Assembly: GCA_964016885.1 (NCBI GenBank)
Contig: OZ024743.1
Span: 212,722,001-212,786,000, forward strand
Direction of reading: 5' to 3'
DNA: 64,000 bases
DNA from: Eledone cirrhosa
Taxonomy: Eukaryota
Shown here: positions 1-12,809 of the stretch, piece by piece
Layout of the letters: every line of letters starts with the position of its first letter
Position numbering within the stretch: position 1 is the stretch's first letter
Notes under the pieces: generated by a model
Seen by the model: only the letters and a program-made list of their open reading frames with translations
Database searches by the model: none
What the model was told of the DNA's origin: nothing
Made by a program: the position numbers and the translations under genes

Positions 1-489
1 TGCACCTCCCCAGTCTTTAACTCTTTGATTACACTTCTGCCTTGTTCTTCCTCCTCCTCCTTGTGAGAAATAACAAGATGCAACTTTATATTGATTCTCA
101 TTCCATTGACACAATTGTGTTGTTGATTTAGTACCCCAGCAAGGGCTACCAGAACTTGGTGATGTCGTCAGCCATATTCTGCCAGAAATGACCGTTATGA
201 GAAGGAACCACAACCTTGTTGGTTCAATTTTCTCTAATATGTTTCACGGAAGTTCCTTTGTTCAGCTGGATCCAATGCTGTCCATGCATATTGGACTCCT
301 CACACTACTACTTCCGTCACACCCACTTCCTCTTCGATATAACAAATTTATTTTCTTACAATGTCCCACCTGCCTTTGTTATTCTGGAGGGATATCCTTC
401 TGTTCCGAACCAGTCCAAGTTCTGTCAGTGTATTTTCAATCACCCTTTATCACCCCTCTTCTTGATTAAATCAACTCCCGTACTTGTTT

Positions 490-595
490 AGTACTTTATT
501 TTATCGTCCCCAGAAAGATGAAAAGCGAAGTTGACCTCGGTGTGATTTGAACTCAGAATTTTGCTATAGTAAGAATGCTTTTGCGGCTTTATCCT
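490..595 (-). mobile_element. tRNA-type SINE, degenerate partial copy
   Basis: Shares the core gtactttattttatcg...gatgaaa...gttgacctcgg...gatttgaactcag with other copies in the window; reverse strand reads a B-box-like GAGTTCAAAT. Confidence 0.7.
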
Positions 596-954
596 TGGGG
601 TGCAGCCCCAATACCACCGCGCTCTAGCCCTAGCCCCCCCCCCCCATCGCATTCTTCTCTGACCCTAGAACCCTTGTCTTTCCTTTTCATAACCATAAAG
701 ATACTTGTATTTCATAACCATAAAGACATATTCTTTTACATAAAATCTGTAATATATTACTAATAAATATGTATTTTTCATTTTAAAATCTTACTTAAAA
801 CTTTAGAACAGATATATTTTTGTTTACTTTATTTCATGCCTGGCCTATCAGTGGTCAATGTCACACACCATGAATACTGTGAGAAAAATGCGGGTATAGG
901 CTTTCGTTACCGAGAAAGAGAAAACATGAAGGTAAATACATCGACCCAGGACGT

Positions 955-1090
955 GACTGGTACTTTATTTTATGGACCCTGGAAAGATGAAAGGAAAGTT
1001 GACTTGGGCGGGATTTGACCATAGAAAGTAATGGGTAGTAACTAAAGGCTACAAAGTATGTAATTCAATGTTCTGATGATTCTGCCAATT
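955..1090 (-). mobile_element. tRNA-type SINE, degenerate
   Basis: Same core motif (ctggtactttattttatggaccctggaaagatgaaaggaaagttgact...gatttga). Confidence 0.65.
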
Positions 1091-1114
1091 TTATAGAAAG
1101 GCGTTGCATTGATG

Positions 1115-1530
1115 GGCTGAGTTCGAATATTGTCGATGTTAATTTTTCTTTTTACTCTCCCGAGATCAATTAAATAGCTACCAGTTAAATGCTGAGAACA
1201 ATATGATTTATTGTCCTCCTCCCTGCTTCCAAATGTATTGTGCTGGACCTAAGCTTAGTATCAATTTCATAAGAAAAAAAAAATGAGATTGATTATATTC
1301 CTTTACGTTCCAAATTCCAATTCTGCCGTGATCAACTTTACCTTTCATTCTTGTGGGATCGATAAATGAAATACTAATGCCAATCTTAATCGATTATTTT
1401 TCCCCCACAAATCTGAACACTCGTACCCATCCTAGAAACTATATCACTGTTGAGTATGCTTTTCATTCTTTCGATAGCAACACAACCAGTACCAGTAATA
1501 TACCGGGGTCGTTTTAATCATTTACTATAT
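1115..1530 (+). mobile_element. Cluster of two or three old SINE copies
   Basis: Repeated degenerate matches to ctgagttcaaat...gtcaactttgcctttcat...gtcgataaaataaagtaccagt near 1117, 1300 and 1460; boundaries approximate. Confidence 0.5.
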
Positions 1531-1796
1531 CCTGGAGTCATCCCAAACCTTGTGAATAAAATTGGGTAGACGGAAAGTGTGTTGAGGTCCATCGGATGGA
1601 CTGTGCCCATAATTTAAAGGTCCAAACTTATCACATATTGAGTCTTGCTGAATTGGCTTAGTAATTATGTGAAGGATATTCGTTAATTCACGCACTGGTC
1701 ATTCAGTTGATCCAACAGCTGAACGGTCAGCGTCGAAACCGACGGAGGATCCGCCAATGTTAAGTACAACGTTTTTGGCATATGGAACGCTTTAAT

Positions 1797-1844
1797 TGAC
1801 GACGACGACGACGACGACGACCACCACCACCACCACTACCACTA

Positions 1845-1892
<48 letters not shown>

Positions 1893-1922
1893 ATACTACT
1901 ACTAATACTACTACTACCACCA

Positions 1923-1994
<72 letters not shown>
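1797..1994. repeat. Compound trinucleotide microsatellite (GAC)n(CAC)n(TAC)n
   Basis: Seen directly; explains the poly-T/L/S/V ORFs. Confidence 0.97.
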
Positions 1995-2173
1995 ATGATC
2001 TTTTCGTTTCCAGTATTCCTGTGATCGTGGATATTACTGTGTTAACTTGAAAGATGGACCTGGATTTGGTTTGATAAAAAGGGAAAGTGCACAAGCTATT
2101 GTCGGAATGTACTGCGCACCTGGAAAGGTATGGTGAACATGCGTCTTCTATTTATCTATCTATCTATATATCT

Positions 2174-3618
2174 CCGATGCCCTCCGATGGCGTCGTCGGA
2201 CGCTGGACGGAGGGCCCGGTGAAGTTGCTCGGGGTCTGGTTCGGACCAGACCTCCAGGTGGAGAAGAACTGGGTATTTGCACTGACCCAGAAGTCGGCCA
2301 GTTGCAAACTATCCCTGAAAGGTCGGGCGGAAGTGGCGAACACCTATATAGCGTCCGTCATCTACTACCGTCTGACCGTCGTGCCTTGCCCAAGGGAAAC
2401 CCTCGCCAAGATGGAGCGCGCGCTCTTCCAATTCCTTTGGAAGAGGCGGGCTCCCTTGGTGAGGAGATCCATCTGCTGTCAACACCCTTCGAAAGGAGGG
2501 CTGGGGTGCCGTGGCTAATGATGCGTAAACACGCATTAAGGCTACGGCACCTCCACGTATTCCTCACCGGTCAACCGGTGTGGGCCTCGTTTGTGAGACG
2601 AACCTTTCCCAGACTCGTGTCACTCACCGAGCTGCAATCCTGGGTCAAGCAAAGACCGAGAAAACTGGGCACCTGGCACACTGGGTGTGCCCAGGCGCTC
2701 ACCGCCCTCGGGCAGGCAGATCCGGTTATCAGTGGAGACTCCACCGCAACATTCTATAGAGGGCTGGTACGCAGCAGGTGCGACGAAGCCCTAGACATGG
2801 AGGAAGACGAACTGGCCAGCCTGTTCGGTAGGATATTCAGCCCGGGACCTATGGACAACATCCAGATGTCCCTGGCCTGGCAGTGCTACCGAGGGGTTCT
2901 ACCCGTTCGAGAAAAGCTCTACAGACACGGGCGCCCGGGTAGGGACCCCGCCAAAATGATCTGTCCCAGATGCGTGTGCGACGAGGAAACCGTTGCACAC
3001 GCATTGGTACACTGCTCGGGCGTAGCCGATCTGTGGGGCTATGTCGAACAACTGCTGTCAAGGGTGGGACCGATCCGGTTGACCACCGAGTCTATTGTAA
3101 TGATCAAGCCGCCTCCCCCCTTCAAAAATGAAGGAGAGGCGGTGTTTCTGTTCGTAATAGCCATGGTGAAAGAGGTTGTATGATGGACGCATCTGAAAGG
3201 AATGAGGTCAGGCACCTTTCTCTCTGGCCAACAACTGGTCCGTTTCTTCCGATATCATTTCGGAAGAAGGATCAGGATGGAGAGAGAGGTGCTCCACCCC
3301 AGTCGTTTTTATGAAAGGTGGGTGAAAGTGGCGAGAATGGCCCGTGTGAATGGGCCTTCTCTTTACATAAGCCTGTAGGTGGAAAAGAGGAAGGAACGAG
3401 GGAGCACCCCCTCTCTGTGCTCCTGAGGAGAAGGGTTGCACACTTTTTTCGGGGGTGTGTGCGACCCCTCAAGGCGCCTCCTCTCTATTGAGGATTTTGT
3501 TATAAATTTTATTTTTTGTTATATTTTATTTTATTTTATTGAGGACGCCTTTTTGTGTAAACTCCTCCCTTTGTACTTGTCCCACTTTTGATGCCCTGGT
3601 GGCAAATAAAAGAAACAT
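2174..3618 (+). mobile_element. Tx1-clade non-LTR retrotransposon, 5'-truncated copy A
   Basis: Post-RT part of ORF2 (LSLKGRAEVAN, HPSKGGLG, CPRC...ETVAHALVHC) with frameshift and stop, plus 3' UTR ending GGCAAATAAAAGAAACAT. TATCTATCTATAT is present on both sides (2157-2169 and 3618-3630). Confidence 0.93.
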
Positions 3619-3951
3619 ATCTATCTATATCGGAAAAGATAGATGTGCTTTTGTTTCGCTCCCGCATTTTGTCGGAAATTATTACGAGAAGCTGTAGGTT
3701 TGTTTAAGTAATTTGTTATTTGTTGTGTATAACCCCTCGCCTGGGCCTGCAGACGTTGGGTAAAATAAATTTCGCCTCTTTTTGGGGCGAAATTTAATAG
3801 TTATAAGTTGTCGATAAAAAGTCGTTTAGTGACAATGGACGCCCCCCAAGGAAAGTGATAGAGAGAATGTAGCAGCACAACGCTGTAAATATTCCTTCCT
3901 CACTCCCGCAAAAGACACCACGGAATCAAATCAAAAGAAAAAATTGTGGAA

Positions 3952-5638
3952 ATGGACGAAAACCCCAAAAGTAACAATTACACAAACAAGAACAACAATG
4001 ACAATAACAACACAATCAACAACAGCAACAATGACAATAGCAACACAACCAACAACAGCAATAATGACAACACCAACAAAGGAAAAAAGCAAGCCAACAC
4101 GAATAACAACAACAATAATGATAACAATACGAAAGAAAACGGACCCACAGCTGCAGTCTCCTTCGCACAGGCGGTCCGAGAAACGCAGACATACAAGGCA
4201 CTGGATATCTCGAATGCCAAGAAATTGCTGAAAGAAGAAAGGAATTGTGTAACTTTCGGGGAAGCTGAGGAATTCACAACTACCTCCCCCGAAGAAATTA
4301 GAAGGGATACAGTCCTCAGGACTGTAATCTTTAGGACAGTTTCGAACACGACTAGGAAACCGGCTCAATTGTCCCAAAGCGAAATTGAGTTGGCCCTAAG
4401 TAGTGCCTGGAAGGATATCGCTTTCATACAGAAAGGGAAACTGTATGGAAGCATATCTGTTTTAATGCAAGATGAATTGGCGGCACGGAAATATTCTGTG
4501 TCGCCAATTGTATCCAAAGCATACACCTTTTTCCCCATATATTTGGGAAAAAGAACTCAAAAGATAAGAATCTCGGGCATCAAGCCAAATGCGAGCATTT
4601 GGTGGGTGCTAACGGGATTCTTAGAAGATGAGGACACAATCCTTTCGATAGGCGAATCCACCGGGGGCGTATTCGGCGGCAATAGCCTTGAAGTTTTGGT
4701 CCAAATGAGACCAGAACGGATAGCAAGAATACCGCAGCGTGTGTCCCTGGATGAAGTCGCCTTCATAAACATTTCTGTTGAGGGCAGGCAGCCTTCATGC
4801 TACCACTGTTCAAGAAGTGGTCACCTGAGGGCTTCCTGTCCCCTTTTAAATGCCCCCCCCCCACAAAAAAGACGCTTCTGCCCACCCTACACACAACAAC
4901 ACAACCAGCACCACCACCACCACCACAACAGCAATACGAAAAAATAACAACACAAGACACTGTCCCACCTAACTCCTCCCCACCTAAAACAAATACAAAA
5001 GCAACCACAACAAAACCCCAACAACACGGACGAGGATCCCTTATCAACGTCACCCAGTGACGACGAAGGAGAACCCTTTCAACCTGTAAAAAGAAGGCAC
5101 CACATTAACAAAAATGCAACAAACACACAACCACCAGCACAAACAGAACAAACATCACAAACAAAAAAATCCACCCCTCCCGAAAACATAACACATACTA
5201 CAAAACGCAAACACACACAAGAACAACAAACAAAAACAAACACAACACAATAAAAACAGTATACATACATAAACACAAACAACAAAACACTTGTGCAAAC
5301 AATAGACAAAGACCCTTCGGTGGAAACCGAAGGGAAAATGTTCACCAACGCGGCGACTAAATCGCATTTTAAAATGATTAGGGTCCCAAGGGACACCCAC
5401 GCATTGCTCAAACAGAACTTTCCCGAGGACGTGGGGAACCCCTGTACTAGACCTAGCAACCGCGTCCTCTTGAAATGTTTCCCCACCCCAGACACCCTCA
5501 CCAAACACCCCCACCAAACACCCTACCCCACCACACACTGATGTCCACACCACATCCCAAACCACCACCCCACCAAACAACCCCGCCGACACCCCCATGG
5601 AAATATTGCAGCCTGGTCCCCAGGAGAAGGACATGTAG
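3952..5638 (+). pseudogene. ORF1 (gag-like) of copy B, frameshifted
   Basis: Asn-rich N-terminus, SFAQAV motif, CYHCSRSGHLRASC CCHC knuckle, then a Thr/Pro-rich tail broken across frames. Start and end are approximate. Confidence 0.75.
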
Positions 5639-5681
5639 GTGTCTTTTCCTTTTTCTCTACTCTAAACTCTTCACCAACAAC

Positions 5682-8600
5682 ATGGCTGTTATAAGAGTCG
5701 GATGTTTAAATGTGCGCGGCCTGGGGATGTCCTGGAAGCAGAGCAAACTCTTAAATGACCTCAGGTCGCACAGAATGGATGTGATAGCTATTTGCGAGTC
5801 CAGGATCAGCAGCGAGCACCAACTGGCCCTCATCTTCGACGACTTTGAGATCTATGCATCTCTCTGTCAGCCGGGAGGTGGGGGCGGGGTGGTCGTTCTG
5901 CTGCGAAAACACCTGGGCCTCGCAACACGGAAAGTACACCTGGACCCGGAGGGTCGACTGGTGGTTCTAGACGTAGGCAGTAGTGAAGGTGGAGCCTTCA
6001 GTTTGGTGGCAGCGATTCTGGGCGTATCTGGGACACCGCGACCGGATCTTCCAACGCCTAGAGACTTTTCTGGGAACGTCTCGCTCCTTGCTTTTAGTAG
6101 GGGACAGGAATGGTATCCTGGATGCACGTTGGGACTATGTAGGGGCATGCCCCGATAGAGGGGGTGTAACAGCCTCAAACGGTTAATCGGCCGATTTGAT
6201 CTGGCCGATAGATATCGACTAGATTTTCCGACTGTGCCACTGTGGACGTGGACTAATCTCAGCGGAACATCTAGGTCGCACCTAGATAGGTATCTAGTTA
6301 GAAATAAGGAGAGGGACATATTAAGCTTACACGAATGTTCATGGTTGACTATTCGGATCACAAGTTGGTGACCGGAGTGGTCAATCTTGATATAACCCAT
6401 AGACAAGGACCCGGTTACTGGAAGCTAAACTTGTCCTTACCGATAAACAAAGCTTACAGTAAGCGGATTAGCACTCTAGTGTTTGACGGGGGCAATGTCA
6501 ACAGCAGGTGGTGGGGCTCTCTCAAGAGAGGAATTAGAATAGAATCGATAGGTTTTAGTCAGAAATTAGCATCAGATAGGAATAGAACTGAAAGGGAATT
6601 GATAGATAGAGTAGAAGCGGCGATTAGGAAGGGCAACGTGGCCGGCGTGCTGGCGTCAAGAACGGCCCTAGACCAGTTCTTTGAGGCGAAGCACGAGGGC
6701 TGTGTTGTCAGGAGTAAAATACGTGCTCAGGGTAATGAGGGAGCCAAAGCTGTTAGCTGGGCCCGAGTGGCAGAGGCAAAAAGTGGAAACAAGTCCACGA
6801 TTCGGTCTTTGAAGGACCAGGATGGACGCGTGATCCTTGAACCTGAGCAGATGTGCGCGGCCTTCCAACGGCGCTTTACACGACTGTTCGGGAGGGGCGG
6901 CGGGCCGGGTGAGGCCATGGATTTCGGTCCATACCTCGACGGTCTGCTGCGGCTCTCGGACGAGGAGGCGAAGTCCTGCGAAAGGCCGATTTCAGCCGCT
7001 GCAATAGGGGAAGCAGTGAGCCAATACGGCAAACGCAAATCTCCCAGTCTCCATGGTCTACCATACGAACTTTATGTAGCGATGCCGGACTTGTTCTCCG
7101 ATCTCCTCGAGGCGGTCTACTGCTTCTGGCAACAGAAGGGAGAATTCCCAGTTCTGTGACCAAAGGCGTAGTCACGCTGGTGAGAAAGGACGAGAACAAG
7201 GGGGATGACATAGATAACTTCAGGCCCATAACTCTGCTAAACACAGAGTTAAAGATTTTGGCCAAGGTGTTAGCGAAGAGCTTGTCATCGGGAACCTGGT
7301 GGGAGAAGCGCAGACATGCGCAATCCCGTCCAGGTCCATACACAACCTCCACCTAATGCGATACATCGTAGAGAGGGTAGGGAACGAACCCGGCTTTGGT
7401 GGGGCCCTGATCAACTTGGATCAATCTAAGGCGTTCGATAGGGTCGACCATCAGTACCTGGATGCGGTGCTCGCGGCGGCAGGCTTCGGACCCGTTTTCA
7501 GGGGCTGGATTGCTGCAATGCACAGCAGCAACACCTGCTCGAGGGTCAAGGTGAACGGCTACCTCTCGAAGCCATTCCAAATCACGCGGTCCATCCGACA
7601 GTGATGCCCTCTCTCCTCCCTTCTGTATGTGCTGGCTCTCGAGCCACTACTGCGGAAGTTGGAGCTGTTGCAGGGAATCCCCTTGGAAGCGGGATTGCGG
7701 AAAGCGGTGTCGGGCAGATCAGTACCTTACTGGAGGAATACGAAAGGTTTACAGGAGCCAACCTGAACCGAGACAAGTCCGTCGGTTTGCAACTCGGAAC
7801 GTGGAGGGGCAAACCGATGCCCTCAGACGGCGTCGTCGGGCGCTGGACGGAGGGACCGGTGAAGCTGCTAAGGGTCTGGTTCGGACCGGACCTCCAGGTG
7901 GAGAAAAACTGGGACGAGGTAAAGGGCAGGGCGTTTGCACTCGCCCAGAAGTGGGCCGAGTGCAAACTATCCCTGAAAGGTCGAGCGGAGGTGGCGAACG
8001 CTTATATAGCGTCCGTCATCTACTACCACTTGACCGTCGTGCCTTGCCCAGCGAAAACGCTCGCCAAAATGGAGCGCGCGCTCTTCCGATTCCTTTGGAA
8101 GAAGCGGGCCTCTTTGGTGAGAAGATCCATCTGCTTTCAACACCCGTCGAACGGAGGGCTGGGGATGCCGTGTCTGACGATGAGTAGAGAGGTATTCCTC
8201 ACTGGTCAGCCGGTGTGGGCCCCTTTTGTGAAGCGAGCCTTTCCGAGACTCGTCTCACTCACCGAGCTGCAATCCTGGGTCAAGCAAAGACCGAGAAAAG
8301 TGGGCGACTAGCACATTGAATGTGCCCAGGCGCTCACGGCCCTCTTGCAAGCGGATCCGGCAATCAGTGGAGACTCAACCTCAACATTCTATAGAGGGTT
8401 GGTGCGCAGCAAGTGCGACGACGCTCTCGGAGAGGCTCTGGGCATGGAGGAAGACGAGCTAGTCAGTCTGTTCGGTAGGACGTTCGGCCCGAGACCGATG
8501 GGGACTACTTCCAAAAGTCCCTGGCTTGGCAGTGCTACCGAGGAGCTCTACCCGTTCGGGACAAGCTCTACAGACACGGGCGCCCGGGTAGGAACCCCTC

Positions 8601-9027
8601 GAAGAAGATCTGTCCGAGATGCGTGCGTGACGAGGAAACCGTCGCGCACGCATTCGTACACTGCCCGAGCGTTGCTGACCTGTGGGGCTATGTGGAACGA
8701 CTACTGTCGCAGGTGGGACCAATCCGGTTGACCACTGAGTACATTGTCACGATCAAACCGCCACCCCCCTTCAAAAACGAAGGAGAGACGGTTTTCCTCT
8801 GTGTGATAGCTATGACGAAAGAAGTTGTATGGTGGACGAGGTTGAAAGGGCTGAGGTCAGACACTTTTCTCTCCGGCCAACAACTGGTCCTTTTCTTCAA
8901 GTACCATTTTAGAAGAAGGATCAGAATGGAGAGAGAGGTGCTCTACCCCAGCAAGTTTTATGAAAGGTGGGTGAAAGTGGCGAGAATGGCCCGAGTGAAT
9001 GGGCCTTCTCTCTATATCAGCCTGTAG
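5682..9027 (+). pseudogene. ORF2 (APE endonuclease, reverse transcriptase, CCHC) of copy B
   Basis: MAVIRVGCLNVRGL, ICE, VGDxNG, SDHK, GPGYWKLN (Tx1/L1 hallmark), FRPITLLN, LDQSKAFDRVDH. Several frameshifts, and the YADD segment is deleted near 7712 relative to copy G. Confidence 0.92.
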
Positions 9028-9281
9028 GTGAGAGAGGAGAAGGAGGAGAGGAAGGGAACACCCGCTCTTTGTGCTCCTGAGGAGCAGGGTTGCAAATTTT
9101 TTTCGGGAGGGTGTGCGACCCACGTCAACGCCCCCTCCCTATTGAGGACTTCGATTGTTGAATTTGATTTATTATATGTTTTTACACGTCCTTTGAAATG
9201 TATGTAACCCCCCCCCCCTTGTATTTGTCCCAATCTTTGATGCCCTGGTGGCAAATAAATAGAAAGTTATCTATCTATCTC

Positions 9282-9334
9282 GGCATGTCTTTGTATTGTC
9301 CCCTCTTTTGTGCGCCCTTGTGGCAAATAAAGAA
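9282..9334 (+). mobile_element. Extreme 3'-end stub of a related Tx1 element, copy C
   Basis: tttgtattgtcccctcttttgtgcgcccttgtggcaaataaagaa matches the terminal ~50 nt of the other copies and is followed by ATCTATCTCTCTATC. Confidence 0.8.
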
Positions 9335-9639
9335 ATCTATCTCTCTATCTCTCTATCGTTGTCGTCACCATCATCATTATCATCATCATTTTTTTGATAG
9401 TTTCATGGGAATTTCTACTGCATCACTTGGTGCACCTCCGTGTTCTTGAGGTGTGTGCAGTATTGTGTGTTTATATTTTTGTGCAGGTGGGGAGTATAAC
9501 CTCCTCCTGTTAGTGTACTGCATGTATTGAACTTGTTGTTTCTTGTGTTATTTTAGTATTTCCTCTGTGGTGTGTGTAATATGGGTTGTGTTATTTTATT
9601 GGATATTGATCTTGTAGAGTTTAAATTGAGTTGTTTTAT

Positions 9640-9815
9640 TTTATTGGTGGGGATCGGAGGCCATGCTTTGCAGCATAGAGTTACGACCCTTTACGGTCTG
9701 AGTTCAAATCCTGCCGAGGTTAACTTTGCCTTTCATCCTTACAGGGTCGATAAAATAAAGTACCAGTAATGCACTAGGATAATTGCTGGCCTTGTGCCAA
9801 ATGTAGAAATAATTA
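9640..9815 (+). mobile_element. tRNA-type SINE
   Basis: B-box-like GAGTTCAAATCC and family core; closely similar to the reverse complement of 63168-63340. Confidence 0.8.
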
Positions 9816-9944
9816 TTTATGCTACTTATATTACGTCTTGATATGGTGTGTCTTAGACACTTTAAATCTGGCGGAGCCCATCCCATCTCCAGTTCTGAAC
9901 ACAGTTGATTTTTTTTCCAGAGAGAGCGAATTCACCCCAGCATT

Positions 9945-10079
9945 TGACCGGTACTTTATTTTATCGACCTCGAAAGGATGAAAGGCAAAAGTGACCTTGG
10001 CGGGATTTGAACTCAGAGCGCAGAGAATCGGAACGCATATGGCAAGCAGTCTATCTGACGTCCTGCCAATTCGCCGCCT
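9945..10079 (-). mobile_element. tRNA-type SINE
   Basis: Family core; reverse strand begins aggcggcgaattggcag (A-box-like head). Confidence 0.8.
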
Positions 10080-10124
10080 CTTTGTTTAATATGTATAAAA
10101 ATGTTTAATCTTCTTTTATTTTAG

Positions 10125-10285
10125 GTTTGTTTCAAGAAAAGCTGCTTAACCTACAAAATGATGAATTTACAAAAAGAGTGGGTGGTTCGTGCTGGTGGAT
10201 GGGGAGACTGGAAGGCTTTTACCAAATGTAGTCGGACTTGTGGTGGTGGAGTTCGGTTTGCTTATCGCGAATGTAACAACCCCAG
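10125..10285 (+). CDS. Internal exon of an ADAMTS-family gene: end of disintegrin-like region plus first part of TSP1 repeat
   Basis: Pyrimidine tract + AG (10123-10124), GT donor at 10286. Hand translation [53 protein letters not shown] has the TSP1 signature (GGWGxW, CSRTCGGG, RxCxNP). Ends in phase 2. Confidence 0.93.
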
Positions 10286-10306
10286 GTAGGTAGAAACAAG
10301 TAGTAA

Positions 10307-10720
10307 TGTGTGTGTGTGTATGGTTGGGGGAGGGGGGGGGGGCAATAATGTGTGTGTGTACGTGTGTGTATGTGTGCGTGTGTCCGTGGACAGTAAAGTA
10401 TGTGGAATGCGTGTGTCCGTGGGCAATTATGTGTGTGTGTGTGTGTGTGTATGTGTCCGTGGGCAGTTATGTATGTGTATGCAGTCATGTGTATGTATTT
10501 GAATTTCTCTCTCTATGTGTGTGTGTGTGCATGTGTTTGCGGGTAGTAATATGTGTGTGTGCGTGTGTTCGCGGGAGTAATGTGTGTGCGTGTGTGTGTG
10601 TGCAGTTATGTATGTGTGCGTGTGTCCGTGGGGAGTAATGTGTGTGTACGTGTGTCCGTGGGCAGTTATGTATGTGTGTGTGTGTCCGTGGGCAGTAATG
10701 TGTGTGTGTGTGGGCTGTAA
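10307..10720. repeat. TG-rich minisatellite, units like (TG)n-TCCGTGGGCAGTAAT
   Basis: Recurrent gtgtgtccgtgggcag units filling most of the 477-bp intron. Confidence 0.85.
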
Positions 10721-10762
10721 TATGTTTCTATATATTTTAGAGATATCTGATGTTTTTTATAG

Positions 10763-10823
10763 ACCCATCCAATCAGAATATTGTGACGGCAATGAATACG
10801 AAGCTGACCTGTGCAATGAACAA
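10763..10823 (+). CDS. ADAMTS-family exon: second part of TSP1 repeat
   Basis: ttttttatAG acceptor, GTAAC donor. Phase 2 start completes AGA (R), then PIQSEYCDGNEYEADLCNEQ. Ends in phase 0. Confidence 0.88.
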
Positions 10824-11020
10824 GTAACACCACACCTTTTCTACTCACCTCCTCTCTTTCATAATCTGATTTTCTCTTAATAAATGTTTTGAATTATTTT
10901 CCTTAATTTATTTTATAATTTATATTTTAATTATGCAGTAAATTAATACAGCAGGGGCGATGGAGCTAGGGAGAAAAGGGGCCTCTTCCTCCCCAGTAAT
11001 TATATTTTTCTCCCCAAACT

Positions 11021-11053
<33 letters not shown>

Positions 11054-11172
11054 ACAAAGAAAGTATGGTAAGAAACCAGGTGGACCATAACGCACCAGAA
11101 TACTCGATACTTAGGGTAGTAGAGTGAGTAATAGGAAAAGAGTCAGGACCCGACGGCTGAGCTCCGGCCGTT

Positions 11173-11242
11173 TCAATACATAAGCCACACGTCGGATGTC
11201 CCCTTACGCAAGGGGAAACCCGACGTGTGGCTTATGTATTGA
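11173..11242. repeat. Short inverted repeat (23-bp arms with inner CCCCTT/AAGGGG stem)
   Basis: TCAATACATAAGCCACACGTCGG ... CCGACGTGTGGCTTATGTATTGA. Confidence 0.9.
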
Positions 11243-11661
11243 CGAACGAATAACTATTCTAAAGAGATTACGCAATAGTGATTGTCTAAACACGAGAAAT
11301 GAATTTTTCACGTTGTCCACACGTCGCCAAACACCTACTGCATAACTACAAGGCTCCGGACTGATTCATTGTAATTTTATTTTCAACCTAAAAACTTTTC
11401 GGACTTTCGCAGTCATCTCCCTTACACCTCTCGCACGCAGTCTAGTATTGCCTGTGTGAAGTGACCGGGTTTCTGCGTATGCGCGTTCATACGGTTGTCC
11501 TTCCTGTTCCGTATAACCACGCCGATTCCGAGCTGAGCATCCGCTAAGCTGAAACAATTGTTCTCGGTATGGTGAACTAACTGTTGTGTAACCACTTCTA
11601 CCTAACTCGTCCCATGGACTGAGTGTTCTACCACTACGGCTATTACCTTCCAGTGTTCTAC

Positions 11662-11665
<4 letters not shown>

Positions 11666-11742
<77 letters not shown>
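11666..11742. repeat. (TA)n microsatellite
   Basis: Seen directly. Other (TA)n tracts at about 12744-12806, 13237-13283, 16464-16552, 17190-17235, 17800-17860 and 18908-18931. Confidence 0.97.
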
Positions 11743-11746
<4 letters not shown>

Positions 11747-12737
11747 TGTAGTTCCTGTCTGTTTACTTGTTTGATTGTTCACGAACTCCTCCTATGGTTT
11801 TGGAGATAGACCCCCATAACCATATATATTCTGAAACTACATTGCCCAGCGTACTTGGATAAGTATATTTCATTTTAATCAAAGGGTTCCCCGGGGCACA
11901 AACCGCCGCTGAAGATTTTTTCCCTTCGATTTATATAAAATTTAAACCATATGTAAATGACAAGATATGATGCCTATTCACATTTCAATAATATTAAGAC
12001 ACTCTAATGGGGGTTAAAGCCCCTATAGTGAACATTTTGGCCAATAAATGGAACAAGATGTGTTGTAACAAGATTGCATAAGAACTTGATTGAAGCAACC
12101 ATTATATTCGGCGCTTACAAAGGTCAAGCTCTTCTCATTCCGAGAATTCCACTTATACCAAGTGATGGCAAGTTGCCTTTTACTTTTAAGAGGCTGCAGT
12201 TCCCAGTGAGGCCATGTTTTGCCATGAGCATCAATAAGAGTCATGGTCAAACTTTCAAAACTATTGATATAGATCTGACAAACCCATGTTTTAGTCATGG
12301 CATGTTTTATGTGGCTGTTTCAAGGACTGGAACTTCAAAAAATCTCTACATTTTAGCCAATCAAGAAATGTTGTTTACCCTGAAGTTCTTCATTAGGACA
12401 AAGTATAAAATATATTTTCATCTATTTATTATGTTAAAAAATAAATAATTAAACTTTGAATTTCTAATTTGAAAATAATGCTTTACACAAAAAATGAAAT
12501 GATCAAGTTTTGAATTGATATTTAAAAAAAAATTATTTAGAAGAAACAAAATAAGAATAGGATTTAATAATGTAATTTTGATTTGATATATTACAAAAAA
12601 TAATGTCTTCCAATTTTTCATGCATTACATTTTACATTCAGTAATATTGAAATGCAGAGTTTTTCTCCATAAATTATATCACTGATTTAAAATCAATCAT
12701 CATTTTCTGACAAAAAAAAAAAAAAATGTGTGAAACG
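11740..12737 (+). mobile_element. Non-autonomous Helitron remnant with Pif1-like helicase C-terminal fragment (about 12074-12370)
   Basis: IPRIPLIPS...FKRLQFPVRPCFAMSINKSHGQT...CFSHGMFYVAVSR is the conserved Helitron/Pif1 helicase motif V-VI region. Element boundaries are inferred. Confidence 0.8.
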
Positions 12738-12739
12738 CT

Positions 12740-12799
<60 letters not shown>

Positions 12800-12809
<10 letters not shown>

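Larger units (their letters stand above)
3632..9267 (+). mobile_element. Tx1-clade non-LTR retrotransposon, apparently full-length but disrupted copy B (different subfamily from A/F/G/H)
   Basis: 5' UTR, ORF1 with zinc knuckle, ORF2 with APE, RT and CCHC, 3' UTR. Flanked by TATCTATCTATATC (3618-3631) and TATCTATCTATCTC (9268-9281). Confidence 0.92.

Noticed and set aside
1-480. Possible RT remnant (ADDI on the minus strand near 160-175) or an upstream ADAMTS exon
   Set aside because: No supporting RT motifs or Cys pattern could be read; left unassigned.
1792-2094. Poly-Ser/Val/Thr/Leu ORFs
   Set aside because: Products of a trinucleotide microsatellite.
3632-9267. Copy B as the active source of the satellite insertions
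   Set aside because: It has many frameshifts, lacks the YADD segment, and differs in sequence from F, G and H.
10219-10720. CV- and HT-repeat ORFs
   Set aside because: Translations of TG-rich simple repeats. Only 10763-10823 of the overlapping ORF 10584-10880 is supported as an exon.
12074-12448. Cellular PIF1 gene
   Set aside because: Only a C-terminal fragment with altered motifs, lying in an intron of another gene next to Helitron-type ends.
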